From Vitrella brassicaformis CCMP3155 (Eukaryota; Protista; Chromerida), in assembly GCA_001179505.1 (NCBI GenBank), contig CDMY01000321.1, positions 58,687 to 122,686 on the forward strand: a stretch of DNA of 64,000 nucleotides, written 5' to 3'. How positions within the stretch are numbered: the stretch's first letter is position 1; the number at the start of each line of letters is the position of its first letter. Positions 12,312 to 24,236 of this stretch are shown here, in pieces. A program made the translations under genes and the position numbers. The notes beneath the pieces were generated by a model that was given only the letters and a program-made list of their open reading frames with translations, had not been told where the DNA came from and did not search any database.

Positions 12312-15300
12312 CTAGTCGAGAACGAATCCCATGGAGAAGAGGAGAACATCAGGCCGCGAGTGGAGGTACACGTCCAGCGCCTGAAGCAACTCACTCAGCC
12401 CACCCCCCAAGCCGCCACCCCGTCGCTCCTTGCACACCGACCCCTTCCCCCCCACACCCACACCCGCACCAGCCACGCCCCCCTTGCCCTTGCTGCCCAG
12501 CTTCCCATCCGCCATGCTGTCCCTGTCGCTCTCGTCCGTCTGCCCACTCCTCCTCTTGTGGATGTCCGGGTCGGGGATGACCGCTGCTGACGGCGACCAC
12601 GTCGGCTGCGGTATGTCTGCAGGCGCAAAGGGGTGCGAGGGGATCTCAGGCGGATCCAAACCACCGGCCACCTGCTGCTGGTGCTGGTGCTGGTGCTGGT
12701 GTTTGTTGGGGTGGTAGGGCAACAGGAGCCGCGGCTTGCGCCCCTCCCTCCTGGCCTGATCGTTTTCGTTCCTCTGGTAGACGTCCATGCAGTTGTCCAG
12801 CTGCTCTTGCATCTTGTTGACCCACAGCTTGGCGTAGCCGTCGCTGTCGTGGAAGCGCCACGTGTGGGGGGCGTGGGGGGCCGACGAGCGGATGGTGAAG
12901 TCGCGCGTTGGGTGGGGGCCAAGGAAGACCGTGAACGGGCCGCCTGTGCGGAAACAAATGTCCTCCTGACCACCACACACACACACACACACAGAGTCAG
13001 GGATGTCTGTGTGTGGGTGTTTTGTGTTGTTCTGTTGTGTTGAGCTGACCACGAAGGCCATGTTGTTTGCGTCCATGATAATGAGCCTGGACCGGTCGGT
13101 GAGCATCAGGTACCGCGGGCAGGTGTCTCGATCTCGGCTGCTGGGGGGCTTTGGGGGCGCCCCGCCGTGGAGAGGTCTTGTGTCGGGGGAGGTGAGCAGC
13201 TGGCTCACATTGCCCGTCAGCACTACCGTCTCCTGCTTGCCCAACACCCTGCATAACACACACAGACGCACACACACACACATACAGAGGCCCAGAGGCC
13301 GAGAGAGATGACGACCATAGGTGTGCACACGAGGCGTCCGTCCGTATGCGCGTCTGTGTCTACCTACTGCTTTCCGCTTTCCTTACTGTGAGATGGCGTC
13401 GGGCTCCCCCTCTTGTTCGCGTTCATCAGCACCTTCCTCCCTCTCTTTCTCACTCTCACTTCTCCAAAGGGCACTTTGTGCGGCGGGCGGCGGACCAGAT
13501 CTCACCGGATGCTGAGGCAGCGCACCCTGCATCCACCAACACAACACAACACAACACACGACACACGTCAAATCACGCAACCTGGGTGTGCCACTGCATG
13601 GGAGCCCACCGTATTTACCTGGAGTATGGGCGAGGGCGTCTTAGACCCACACGGTTGGTTGAATCGTGGCGGCGGGCTCGACGGCGCCGACTGGCTGTCG
13701 ACAGCTCCCGCATGGCCGCCTCTCCCAATGCCAATGCCCCCACTTGTCCTCTCCTTTCTTCTCCTGTGATCTCCTCCCTCGGCAGCAGAGCCGCTGCCAG
13801 CTCCACCCTGTCGGTCCCTCTCTTCGTCGGTGCTGTCGAATGGGGGCGGGTGAGAGGATGTGGGCGAGGCAGATGAGCCGCCCCACGAGTCGCCTCGCTC
13901 ACGCACGGTGGCCAGCTCACAAGCGTGGGGGCGTGCTGACGCGTACCGGGGAGACGCCCGGCGGAACAGCTGCAAATCGAAAGCACGCGTGTGTCTGCTG
14001 CTGCTGCTGCTGCTCTTCTCTGCTCACCTTTGGCGGCTCCACGGAGAGATTGCTGCTGGTGGCCGAGCTGTCCTGCGGCGCCTCCTGGATGGTCATCATG
14101 CCGCCGCCGCCGTGATGCGAGGCGGGCTGTGAGGGCGTGAAGGCAGGCGCCATGGGTGAGGGGAAGTCGTGGTCGGTGTGTGCGCCGTGCTGCCGGATGT
14201 GGTGCCGCAGGACACCGCCGAACGACTCGCCCAGCGATGGAGTGAACTCCAGGGCAGCTAAGGGGTCGACGGAGCTGCTGCTGTCGGCATGCCGGTTGCC
14301 TGGCGGCTGTGCGTGTCGACGCAAAAGATGCTCTGAGAGAGAGAGGGAGAGAGGGGCAACTCATGGGCAATGTGCTAGTGGGTGATGAGGAAGGTACCTA
14401 TTTTAGGCGGTGTCTGTGCGGGTAGCGTGTCGAATTCCACGCCATCGAAGAAGGGATGGCTCTTCAAACGGTCCATATCCTGACGATTGATGGACATTCA
14501 CAGAAGCACACACACACACACACACGAGGAGAGTGCAAGCTCCCCAGCACCATTGGCCCTTCTTGTGTCTGTGTGTGTGTATGTGGTACCTTTGAGCCGA
14601 GCCTCCTCTGAGGGTCGACCACCAGCAGCTGACTCACCAAATCACGAGCCACCGCCGGCATATCCTGACAGATGAGTGGATGCACCCACACACACACACA
14701 CGCGTATATATTCCATTTTGGTTGCTGCGTGTCCTGGCTACAAAAGCTCGTACGTACATTTGGGAAGGCGATGTCACATCTGCATATTCGCTGGAAGGTG
14801 AGGAACTCGGTCTCGGCCTTGAACGGCGGGCAGCCAGCCAGCATCTGATACAAGATGCAACCAAGCGCCCTGACACACACACATACACACACACACAGGC
14901 GGACACACACAGGCGGACACACACAGGCGGACAGACAGACAGACAGACGTGGGAACCAATCGAGTGTCTTCCTCTTCCATTGCCGTGTGCGTCCTGACTC
15001 ACCAGAGGTCTGACGGGTAGCTGGCGATGTCGTTGTCCTCGAGCATCTCCGGCGACACATACTGCGCCGTGCCCACCCACGTGTTGGCCCGGGACCGCGG
15101 CTTCCTCACGGCCGGCGGCCGGCGGGACGGCACCACGGGCGACGATGTCATGCTACTGTCGCCGCTGCGGGGCTGACCCGGACTCGCCTGACCCGTTTCT
15201 CGTGACGATGACGACCGGCTGCTGGATGAGGAGGGCGGGCCCTGCAAGGCAGGCGCGAAACACTTGGCGCCGTCAAAGTCAATCTGAGAGAGAAGCGGGG

Positions 15301-16284
15301 CAGGCAGAGTGGGCCAGATGCGTCTGGCTGTGGGTGGGCGTGGGTCTTCGGTGACTGACCAGCTTGAGGTGTCCGTTGTCGCCTATGAGCAAATTCTCCG
15401 GCTGATGAACAAACACGTTCAGGTCGTGCAGGGCCGGCTCCAGTGCACTGTCTATGCGGTCATTGGCTGACTGACTCGCTGACTGACTCACACACTGACT
15501 TTGAGGTCTCTGTGGGCGATTTGTTTCTCCCGTAGGTACTCGAGGACCTTGACCACCTCGGCCGCGTAGAACTGTGCCAGCTCGTAGGGCAGACGGCCCA
15601 CGCGCTTGATCTGGTCGCCCAGGTCACCGCCCTTGGCCAGCTCCAGCACAAAGTAGAGGAAACGGTCATCCTGTGTGTAGCAATATGCAACACACGTACA
15701 AGCCACACATGTGGGCGTGTCGGCATACGCACCAGAGGGCCTCAGTGTAGTGTCTGTGTGCCCTCTCTCTCACACCTGGAAGGATGAGTATAGCTGGACG
15801 ATGTTTGGGTGGTTGAGAGCGCTCAGGAGGCGCCGCTCCTGCACCACCGATGCCTGCTTCTGCTGCTGAAGGATGTACCTGAATCAATCGTGGACACACA
15901 CAACACATGCAACGGACGTGGGTGTGGCGACTTGACAAAGCAAAAGCTGCCTTGAACAGCGTCTGCGTGAAGGACTGGCCTGCCTCCTGCCTGCTCTGTT
16001 TCCTTGCTTCTCTCTGCCCCTGTGTGTCGTGCTGTGCTGTGCTCCTCCATGACTGACTGACCTCTTTTCCAGCACTTTGACGGCATACTCTTCGTTGGTC
16101 CTCTTATCTCGCGTCCGGTATACCTACAACAAACACAGTCGCACGCGCCATACGCACACAAAGGCATCGCGCTGCCATTGACAACAAAGGCAGAAGTAAT
16201 TTTCTCTCGCAGTCTTACCTTGCCGAGTGAGCCTTCGCCCAGCAAGCTGCCCAGTTCAAGGTCAGCACGTGAGCAAGACTCCAT
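12312..16284 (-). CDS. PDK1: PDK1/Pkh-like AGC Ser/Thr kinase with C-terminal PH-like domain, multi-exon
   Basis: GEGSLG, YAVKVLEK, HRDLKPENLL, DFD (15272-15280), RANTWVGTAQYVSPE, SDLWALGCILYQMLAGCPPF, DPQRRLG. The C-terminal PRYLMLTDRSRLII..AKLWVNKM resembles the PDK1 PH domain. Confidence 0.87.
14889..14930 (+). repeat. Intronic tandem repeat (ACACACACAGGCGG)x3
   Basis: Three exact 14-nt units, followed by (ACAG)n. Confidence 0.9.
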
Positions 16285-16364
16285 CCCGCCCGCCCTCGGC
16301 TGCCAAGTTGGCGCAGCTATCCTTGTCGCACCATCCTCAGTACAGCATTCGGTTTCAGTGAGAC

Positions 16365-16372
16365 TGCGAGCT
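16365..16372 (+). promoter_or_regulatory. TGCGAGCT motif in PDK1 / EF-hand fusion divergent spacer
   Basis: Exact octamer, with GGTTTCAG at 16351-16358 just upstream. Confidence 0.55.
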
Positions 16373-16579
16373 TTGCCCCGGGGGCCCCCCTAATTTTCGT
16401 TTTCTACGACACTGAAAGCCCTTGTTTGGAGCACTGCTGCTACTCCAATACTGGCTCCTTCTTGTGAAGTAGCGGGCAAAAACAGCTGGAACGAAAGGGC
16501 TGGAGACGGTGTGGAGCCTGCCGAGTGCGGCGGGTAGTGTGATTTCCTGTGGGTTGTTGGTTGCTGCGTTGGCGTCGGC

Positions 16580-19500
16580 ATGGGTCAGATACTGAGTGAC
16601 CACCGGTCCACCTACGCCCGCACCAACCTCCCCCCTGCAATGGAGGTGCTGGCCAACTGGGGATTCGACAAGACACTCAAGGTAGGTAACTACATGCTTG
16701 CAAACATACAGCCATGCATCCAAACGGACGAACCAATGTTCTCTGTCTCTCATGTGGCGTCTCCCTCTCTGTGTGTCAAGGCGTACACGGCGTTCCTTGC
16801 GCTGCCTCAGAAAGGGTTTGCCACGAGTCCTGCCAAGGCCCAGGAGGTGCTGGGTCTGCACAGCAAGGCGCATGCCGACGGCGTGTGGCGTGTGCTCGAC
16901 CCCAGGAACAGGGGAACCGTCTTCATGGACGAGGTTAACAAGACAAGATGGGCCGCATTGTCACCCACCGGTCCGTCCGGTGTGTGTTTGTCGGTCACTC
17001 ACATCAGGTGTTTGTGCTGATAGTACTGTTGAGCGTCATGCACAAGAAGACCAAGCTCGTGCTGCTCTTCTCCATGTTTGACTTCAACGGCGACGAGACC
17101 ATTCGCGAAGCCGAGTACTTCTGCCTCCTCAAGGCGCTTTTCAGGGGCCTCGCGCGCGTCTACGGCCGCCCCATCCCACACATCTCGTCACTGGAGCCCA
17201 TCTGCCTCAAGTCCTTTGACGAAATCGACTCCTCCATCACACGCGACAGGATCATCTCCCTGGATGAATTCACTTCCTTCCTGACGGGCCCACATGCGAG
17301 GCTGGAGAAGGTGTTCCTGGGCTTCAACTTGGAGGGAACGGACAGCCTGGTGCTGCCCAAGTCGCTGGTGCTCCAGCGGTCGGATGTGGGGAGACGGAGC
17401 TTCCTTAACCACCTGGTGCAGGTGGACCAGCTGCTGTACAACCATAGAGACAGGTAGGCTGCTTGGGGTCTTGCTGATCCATCAGTCCATTCCATCCAGC
17501 CTTTCGTATATGTGTGGTGCAGGATGGTGAACGATCGCGTCCGCTTGACTGACCTCTTGGCTGCGAGCATCGAGCTGGCCGAACACGCAGCGGAGATCCT
17601 GCAGGACGTCCACAATGCACTCGTATACGACAGGTGAGAACACTCCTCCTTCCAACCTTCCCCCAACAAGCCGGGAGTCTGCCTGTGTCTGTGTCTGTGT
17701 CTGTGTGTCGTGCAGGTCTGTTCGGCTGTCCCAAGGTGTGTACCTGGAGTGCGCCGCCCGTCAGGCCCACCACAAGCGGCCGTCCCTCTTTGCGCAGCAG
17801 CACGAGACACACCACTGGATGGACGCAATGTCGCCGGCGGACAACAAGAAGGGGTCTTCCAGCCCTGGCGGTGCAGGGGGGCAGACGCCGGACGTTGAGC
17901 GGGTGTTCATACCCACGCACGCCGCCGCAGAATACAAGGCAGGCAATACACAGAACAGAGAAGGAGGCATGAGTGGGTTGATTGATGTGTGGGTCTCCTC
18001 CTTTTCTTCGTTCCTTCGTTGTGTCCACTCCACAGGTGCAGCAGATGGTGTTGGATCAGATGACGCTGATCTACCCCGACCTGACGGTGGTGGGCCAGGC
18101 GCCCGATAGGGCGTTGCAGAGCCCGGCCGTCGCCAGCGAGCTCGAGAAGACACTCAGCACCAAGATACATGGACGAGCGGTGAGAGAAAGCAGACAGACA
18201 GACAGACACGCTGGCTGTGGATATATTGCATTCGGGAGTGAATGTGCGTATTTGTCTGTGTCAGTTGTGTGGGGGCGGCGAGATCCGCATCACTGTCAAC
18301 CACATAGAGGACCTTTCGCTCGCTCCAGAGGACGACATCGATCCGCTACGTGACCCTTTTGTGCAAATCGACGTCGTACACGGACACCCTGGTAACCCTC
18401 GCACACACGCAGAGAGGAAGCGGCGAGCGTCCATCGCGGTCATGCGCGCATCTGTGGACAGATGCTCTCAACCTGAGCACAGTCCCGATGCAGCCGGCTG
18501 CGGCTGCCGCTGCTGCTGCTGCTGCTGCGGCCCCCCTGTCCTTGTCAGAGGAGCCCATGACTGCAGGTGGTGCCGGGCGCAGGGCGCCCCTCACATCTCG
18601 CACCGCCTCGGGCAATGTCAGCCGGCAGGGCAGCCGACAGATGACCAAACAGGGCAGCCGAGACAGCACCGATGGCCGGCCCCGCACCACGAGGCGAGCC
18701 AGCCACGACGGCCCACCTGCGTCTCAGAGGGGAAGGCGGCTGAGCCACGACCAGGCGTCCTACAGCCGGCAGTCGTCCATCACGTCGGCAGCAGCAGCAG
18801 CAGCAGCAGCATCGTCGCGAAGGCAGCGGCGGGCCAACACGGGTGAGAGGCTGATGATGCTTGAGGGGGTGGACGTGCCGCCGGAAAGGGTGTGGAATGG
18901 GCGGCTGGGGGTGAGTTACATGAGGGGCGGGGAGAGCGTGCCGGGGGACACTGTCGCAGGGGTGGCCACGGCAAAGTGCAAACAATCCGCCAGCCCCAGT
19001 GAGTGAGGGGCTCTCAAGGGGAGTTTTTTTTTTATGGGGTGTGTGTACTTCAGGTTGGCATGAGGACTTGACGCTGCGTCTAGAGGAGATCAAAGAGGTG
19101 CACTACCTGAGCTTTGCCGTGTTTGCCTACGCTCCAAACGGCGTCATCCACTGTCTTGGCAGGGTCAGTCAGTCAGCGCTCACCACGCTGTGTGCATATG
19201 GCACATATTTTGTACGTGCCATGGTATCTATCCATCAGAGTGTATTGGGGATGCGGGATTTGATTCGCTACACCGGCGAGGATGAGACAGACATCGAGCT
19301 GAAGCTCAACACGCCTCCAGAACGAGTGAGTGAGTGGGCGGTTGGCCAGACAGACAGGCATTTATTCGTGCATCCCTATCTCGCCCCGATTCCTTGCAGA
19401 GCGTGCTTGTGAGCACTCAGAGTGCCAAGCTCTTCTGCTCGGTGGCTTTCCGTCCAGACGACCCGCAGTCCTTCCTGCAAGTGAAGCAAAAGACACAAGA

Positions 19501-21014
19501 CACCCACCCCTTTGTTCCATATCTATCTTTGCCCATGCACATGTTCAGGTGAATGTGGGCCGCCTGTCAGCCCTCGACTACAGCGTCAAGCCCTTCTACA
19601 GCATCAACGACATCATCCTCTTCATCGCACCACTCCAACACACTGCAGCCTTCGATGCAGTTCCCTCAGACGGCCAGCAGCACCCCAACAAAGCCCTCTC
19701 GGGCGAGGCCATCCCCACCCCAGCCGACATCCTAGGCGGCGGGACCATCGTCATGGGCCAGGGGCAGCCCTCCCTCACTCCCGGCACACGCAGGCTGTCC
19801 CTGGACTCGCACACCAACAGCACGGCGTCTTTGATCAAGGAGGAGCTGCGGTACTGTACCACGAGTATCGGTGTGGCCGCCAAGGGGCAGCCCGTGTGCG
19901 GCGTGGTGTACTTCCCTTTTGCGCGAGACATGAGTGTGGCGGGGCTGGGTGAGTATGGGGTGCTCAGCAGCCGACTGCTGACGGACACAAGCATCAGCCA
20001 GATGCCTTTCCTCAGCCAAATCAGAGAGGAGGGTGGGCAGCAGGGAGCCACAGTGGGGGGGCCAGGGGAGGGGGGAGACCGGAGGGAGCAGGCCGCCATG
20101 ACGGTCAATGCTGAGATGGTGAGCAGTGTGGGAGAGAGTGACAAGATACGTTGATCACATCGCGATGCTTGGTTTTCGCCCGCGTGCAGCACATGATGAA
20201 GACGGTGGATCGGCCTCCGGATCGCCTGGCTGTGCGCCTTGTCGGCGCCAGCAGGAATGACCAGCTGCCTGTACCTTACCAGTAAGTGAGTTGCCAGACA
20301 GGTATATGAGACATGAAACGCATGACCTCGGTCTCACTTGTCTGTGTCTGTAGGCGGCTGTTGGACATTCTGGAGCCTTCTCAGGTATGTCCGGCCCCGC
20401 CGGGCACTGCAGCAGCCGCCGCCACCTCCAGCCGCGCCATCAGGCACATCCCCTCGTCAACGTCGTCTAACTACTCGGCCAGCATCAGCGAGCATCTGCA
20501 TGAGATCGCACAGTTCAGGGCGTCCAACGTGCCGCCATCTCTCGGAGAGAGCATGGTCGCCACAATCAAGGGGTAAGGAAGACGGCCCGTGTTCTGGTCA
20601 CAATGGATGGATGCGCGTCTCTCTTTCTCTTCCCCTTTCTCTCAGGACGGCGGATCTGTGCATATCGGTTCCTGGTGGCGGTGTGGCCAAGCCGGGGAGG
20701 CAGACGAGCCCCATTGACGAAGACGATGAAGACATGAGGGGCTGCTGGAAGTGGGACTTCTGCGCAGCGGACGCCATTCTCAGAGCTACCGGGGGCGGCA
20801 TACTTAACCAGAAGGTGCGCCTGCCGCCAATACGGGCGGAAACACGGCACTTGCATTCGGTGTCTCTCTTGTACACCTGTTTGTGTAGGGTGATTTGTTG
20901 TCGTACGGTGACGAAGAGCCGGCCTACACCGGCTCGGTTGTGTGTGCGGGGACCCCCCAGCATCTGGACCGATGCCAGCAGCAGCTCAAACTTGAGAGCA
21001 TCCGATTCGCGTGA
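16580..21014 (+). CDS. Multidomain protein: N-myristoylation motif, EF-hands, degenerate BPNT1/IMPase-family domain with inserted C2 domain
   Basis: MGQILS; EF loops DPRNRGTVFMDE, DFNGDETIREAE and a degenerate third. IMPase-like segments LAASIELAEHAAEIL, YPDLTVVGQ, ILFIAPLQHT, TSIGVAAKGQPVCGVVYFPF and KWDFCAADAILRATGG. C2-like IRITVNHIEDL..DPFVQID and PSWHEDLTL..LSFAVF..CLGR. Confidence 0.78.
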
Positions 21015-21546
21015 TTGGTCGATGTGTCTGCCATTCGATACAACACTCTCCTGCTGTGGATTTTTCTTCAGTGTTTGATATTACATTTTTACATTTAAAA
21101 TTCAGCTCCTTTTGTAAGATAGCTCCGTGTGATATGTCAGCATCCTTTATATCGATCCTTTTTCCCTTTTCCGGCGGTGTTTTGTACAACCGTGGTGCGC
21201 GTGTATTGGTGCGTGACTATGCGTGACCTGGGGAGTCTGTTCTTGTTCTCTTAGCTTTCCTTTCTCCTTTCTGTGCGCGGCTGGTGGACAATGACGTGTT
21301 TTCTCAAAGGCTTAATATGATGAGACATGATGGGGCCCTGGGGGCCTGCATGCATGCATGCATGCAGAGACGCGCACCGAGCGCCGCTCAGAAGTCTGTA
21401 GAAGGTCAGCGACAAAAGAAGACCATTGACAAGGACGGCCACGCACGAAGGATTGCGGCCCCTGTCTCTGCTTTTGTCCCCCTGTTTGTCTCCTGCAGAG
21501 CGCTAGCACTCTAGATCCGTAGCCCACTCGCGGAGTGGCCAGAATT

Positions 21547-23898
21547 ATGATGGAGGCACAAGACGCGAACCGTAGAAGGAAGCCTCGCCCTTCTGCCCTC
21601 GCTGAGGGTGAGCATACAGCTGCAATGAAGACGGCGTTCAAGACGCAGCGGAATCAGCGGACAGTCGTGAGTGCCAGTAGCAAAAAGGCGACCACGGTAG
21701 TTCTAGCGGTGCAAAAGCAGACGAGTAGTTCTGTCCGGCGGCTGAAAGGAGAGAGGCGCGATGACGAGGCGCAGACCGACATGGACATACATCACCTCCT
21801 TAAGGCTTTTGCGGCGGCGTCACACGACGTGGCCATGCAGACGTGCCAAGCACCGCAGACAGAGTAAGCATCAGCTCTTTCTGTCTATGTATGTTTGTTT
21901 GTGTGAGGCTCAGTGTGTGTGTCTTGCACGGTGTGCAGATGGGTGCAGGTGGAGGCGGTGAGGTTGGACCACCAGGCAGCATCCACACGCAGGAGACACA
22001 GCCTGGGAGAGATTAAACCAGGCAAGCACCGACCACACACCAACGCACACACATCCGATTCTGTGCCATCAGCCCTGCCCCCCCAGCGCACCATGGAGCT
22101 CTTTCTCCGAGAGCAGGCGCAGCGCTTCCAGCAGCAGATCAAGACGATGACATCCAAGCTCCGCCAGGTTGAGGCACAGCTCGACACCCAGAAGGCCTCC
22201 CTCCTGAGACGGTCCAAATCTATGGGCCCGGGGGCATCGAAGGCATGGAACCCTCTTGAAGCTCTCGAACGCATCTCTGCAAGGAAGCGGGAGGAGGGGG
22301 CGGAGGCTGATGGTTGCCAGCCGGCGCTCGCAAGGACGGCTCGCTTTGGAAGGTCGCACACCGTCAACCTGGGCAACGCCGCGATGCCGGGGATGGAGAC
22401 CTCAGGCAGGTGAGAAGATAGACCCTTCCCCTCACAATCGTTGTTGTCTGTGTGTCCATTTACTGTGGCGCATGTGCAGCGCTGAGATGTCTGAGGCCGC
22501 CGACAGGCTTCAGCTGACACCGAAGGACCCCCATGTGTTGAGGAATCGGCGCAGCAGCGCCCCGCTGGTAGATCGCGCGACTGCGAAGGGTGATGCGGAC
22601 AGAGACGTGCACCAGACGGCAGCCACACAAACAGCGTGGAATGACCTGCCCGACAAGTAAATCGCAGACAACAGATGGCCTGACGCGTCTCATCTCATGC
22701 ATTTGTCGACGTGTCTCCCTCTCTCTTTGCAGAGCGGTGCAGGTGGAGCTATCAAGACCTCTAGTGCAGGCCCGGCGTGTCCGGCGACGAGCGCAGCGGC
22801 CAGGCGCATCGCCCCTCAGACTATTGAGGAATCGCATCGTGGAGCAGCTACAGAAACAGGCGCGATCGGGTCCAGTGGAAGACATCCAACAGCTGGCAAC
22901 ACGAAGGCCAGAGCCGCAACCAGCCGGCGCAAAGAGGGTCGAGGCTTCGTTAGAGACAAGACGCGAGGCTCCCGCTGCACCTGAGGCTCCATCCGCATGC
23001 ACCATCCGTCCGACGAGCCTGCCACGGCCAATGGGGCGACCACCGTCGCTGATCATGTCTCTGCCTCCCGCACCCCTCCCCCTCCCCCTCCTTTGCTGGA
23101 GATGGCCGCTGTGGTCGACAGCCACGCCGTGAGGGCACACACAATGCCCGAGGGGCCTGTGTCGGGGGCGGGGAGTGGTGGACCAGGTGTGTTGGAGCGT
23201 GTGGTCAAGAGGACTGAGCTGTGGTTCGACGAGAGGCTGGCGGCACACGAGGGATTTGACCGTGGGTTTAACACCATACTCGATACGTACTTACAGGTTA
23301 GGTACCAGATACATCACACCACAGAGACGCACACACACGCACACGTGCTTCTTGCGTGTGCGTGCGTGTGCAGGAGCATTCTCAGTGCCCCCTTGACCAG
23401 CTCTCCCACTCACAGCCACCCGTCTCACCACCATCACCACCAACGATAGAGAGCCGGCCTTCCGCTCCTCCGGGGCTGCTGGGCACAGGCCCCCCACTCC
23501 CGAGTGCCCCTCTGTTGAAGAGGGCTCCACATGACGGCAAGCAGCCGAGACACAGCCTGGGGAGGGGGAGCGGGCCGCACAGACCGCCAGAGGAAGAGAA
23601 AGAGAGAGTGGAGGAAACCGCGTGTGAAGGGCCCACAGAGGTCAGCCAGTGGATGGATGAGTCACGATGGTGCAGACTCACTCACTCACACACTCACTCA
23701 CTACTTGCATTGCTTCTCTGTGTACAGCTGTCAAGACACACCCTCGTGATGCTGTCGCCGCGAATGGGCCTTTCATCGAAAGCAGTGCAGTGCATCTCCC
23801 ACCCCACCCTCCCACTTGCTCGCCCCGGTGTCACGCGCAAGAGGGCACCCAGCTTCAAGAGACATTCGTGTGGATGCAGCCCCCGCCTCTGCCTGTGA
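21547..23898 (+). CDS. Hypothetical basic, low-complexity protein with coiled coils, multi-exon
   Basis: Coding-like exons (MELFLREQAQRFQQQIKTMTSKLRQVEAQL; VLERVVKRTELWFDERL) separated by GT-AG microsatellite introns. No family recognised. Confidence 0.5.
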
Positions 23899-24236
23899 CT
23901 CAGGCTGTGAGAGAGTGAGTGTCATCATTTTTCCCTCGTTTCTTGGCCCGTCTGTCTTTCATGGTGCTCGGTCTTCTTGTCGATGCTTGCAATGCACGTG
24001 TATGTGTATTGGCTGGAGGGAGAATCTGTGTGTCCATGCATGGCCAAACACCCACACGCTGTCCACACACGGTCATCACGTCACGCACACTGCTTGCTGC
24101 GCTGGCTAGCCTTCTTGTAAAGGGACGAGCCAAAAACGTCAAAACGCCATCCGTTTCATGCACACACACGTGTAAGCGTGGCACTTAGTCAGTCACCGAA
24201 AAAGCGAAAAATCATCACGGGTCTCGACCATGACCG

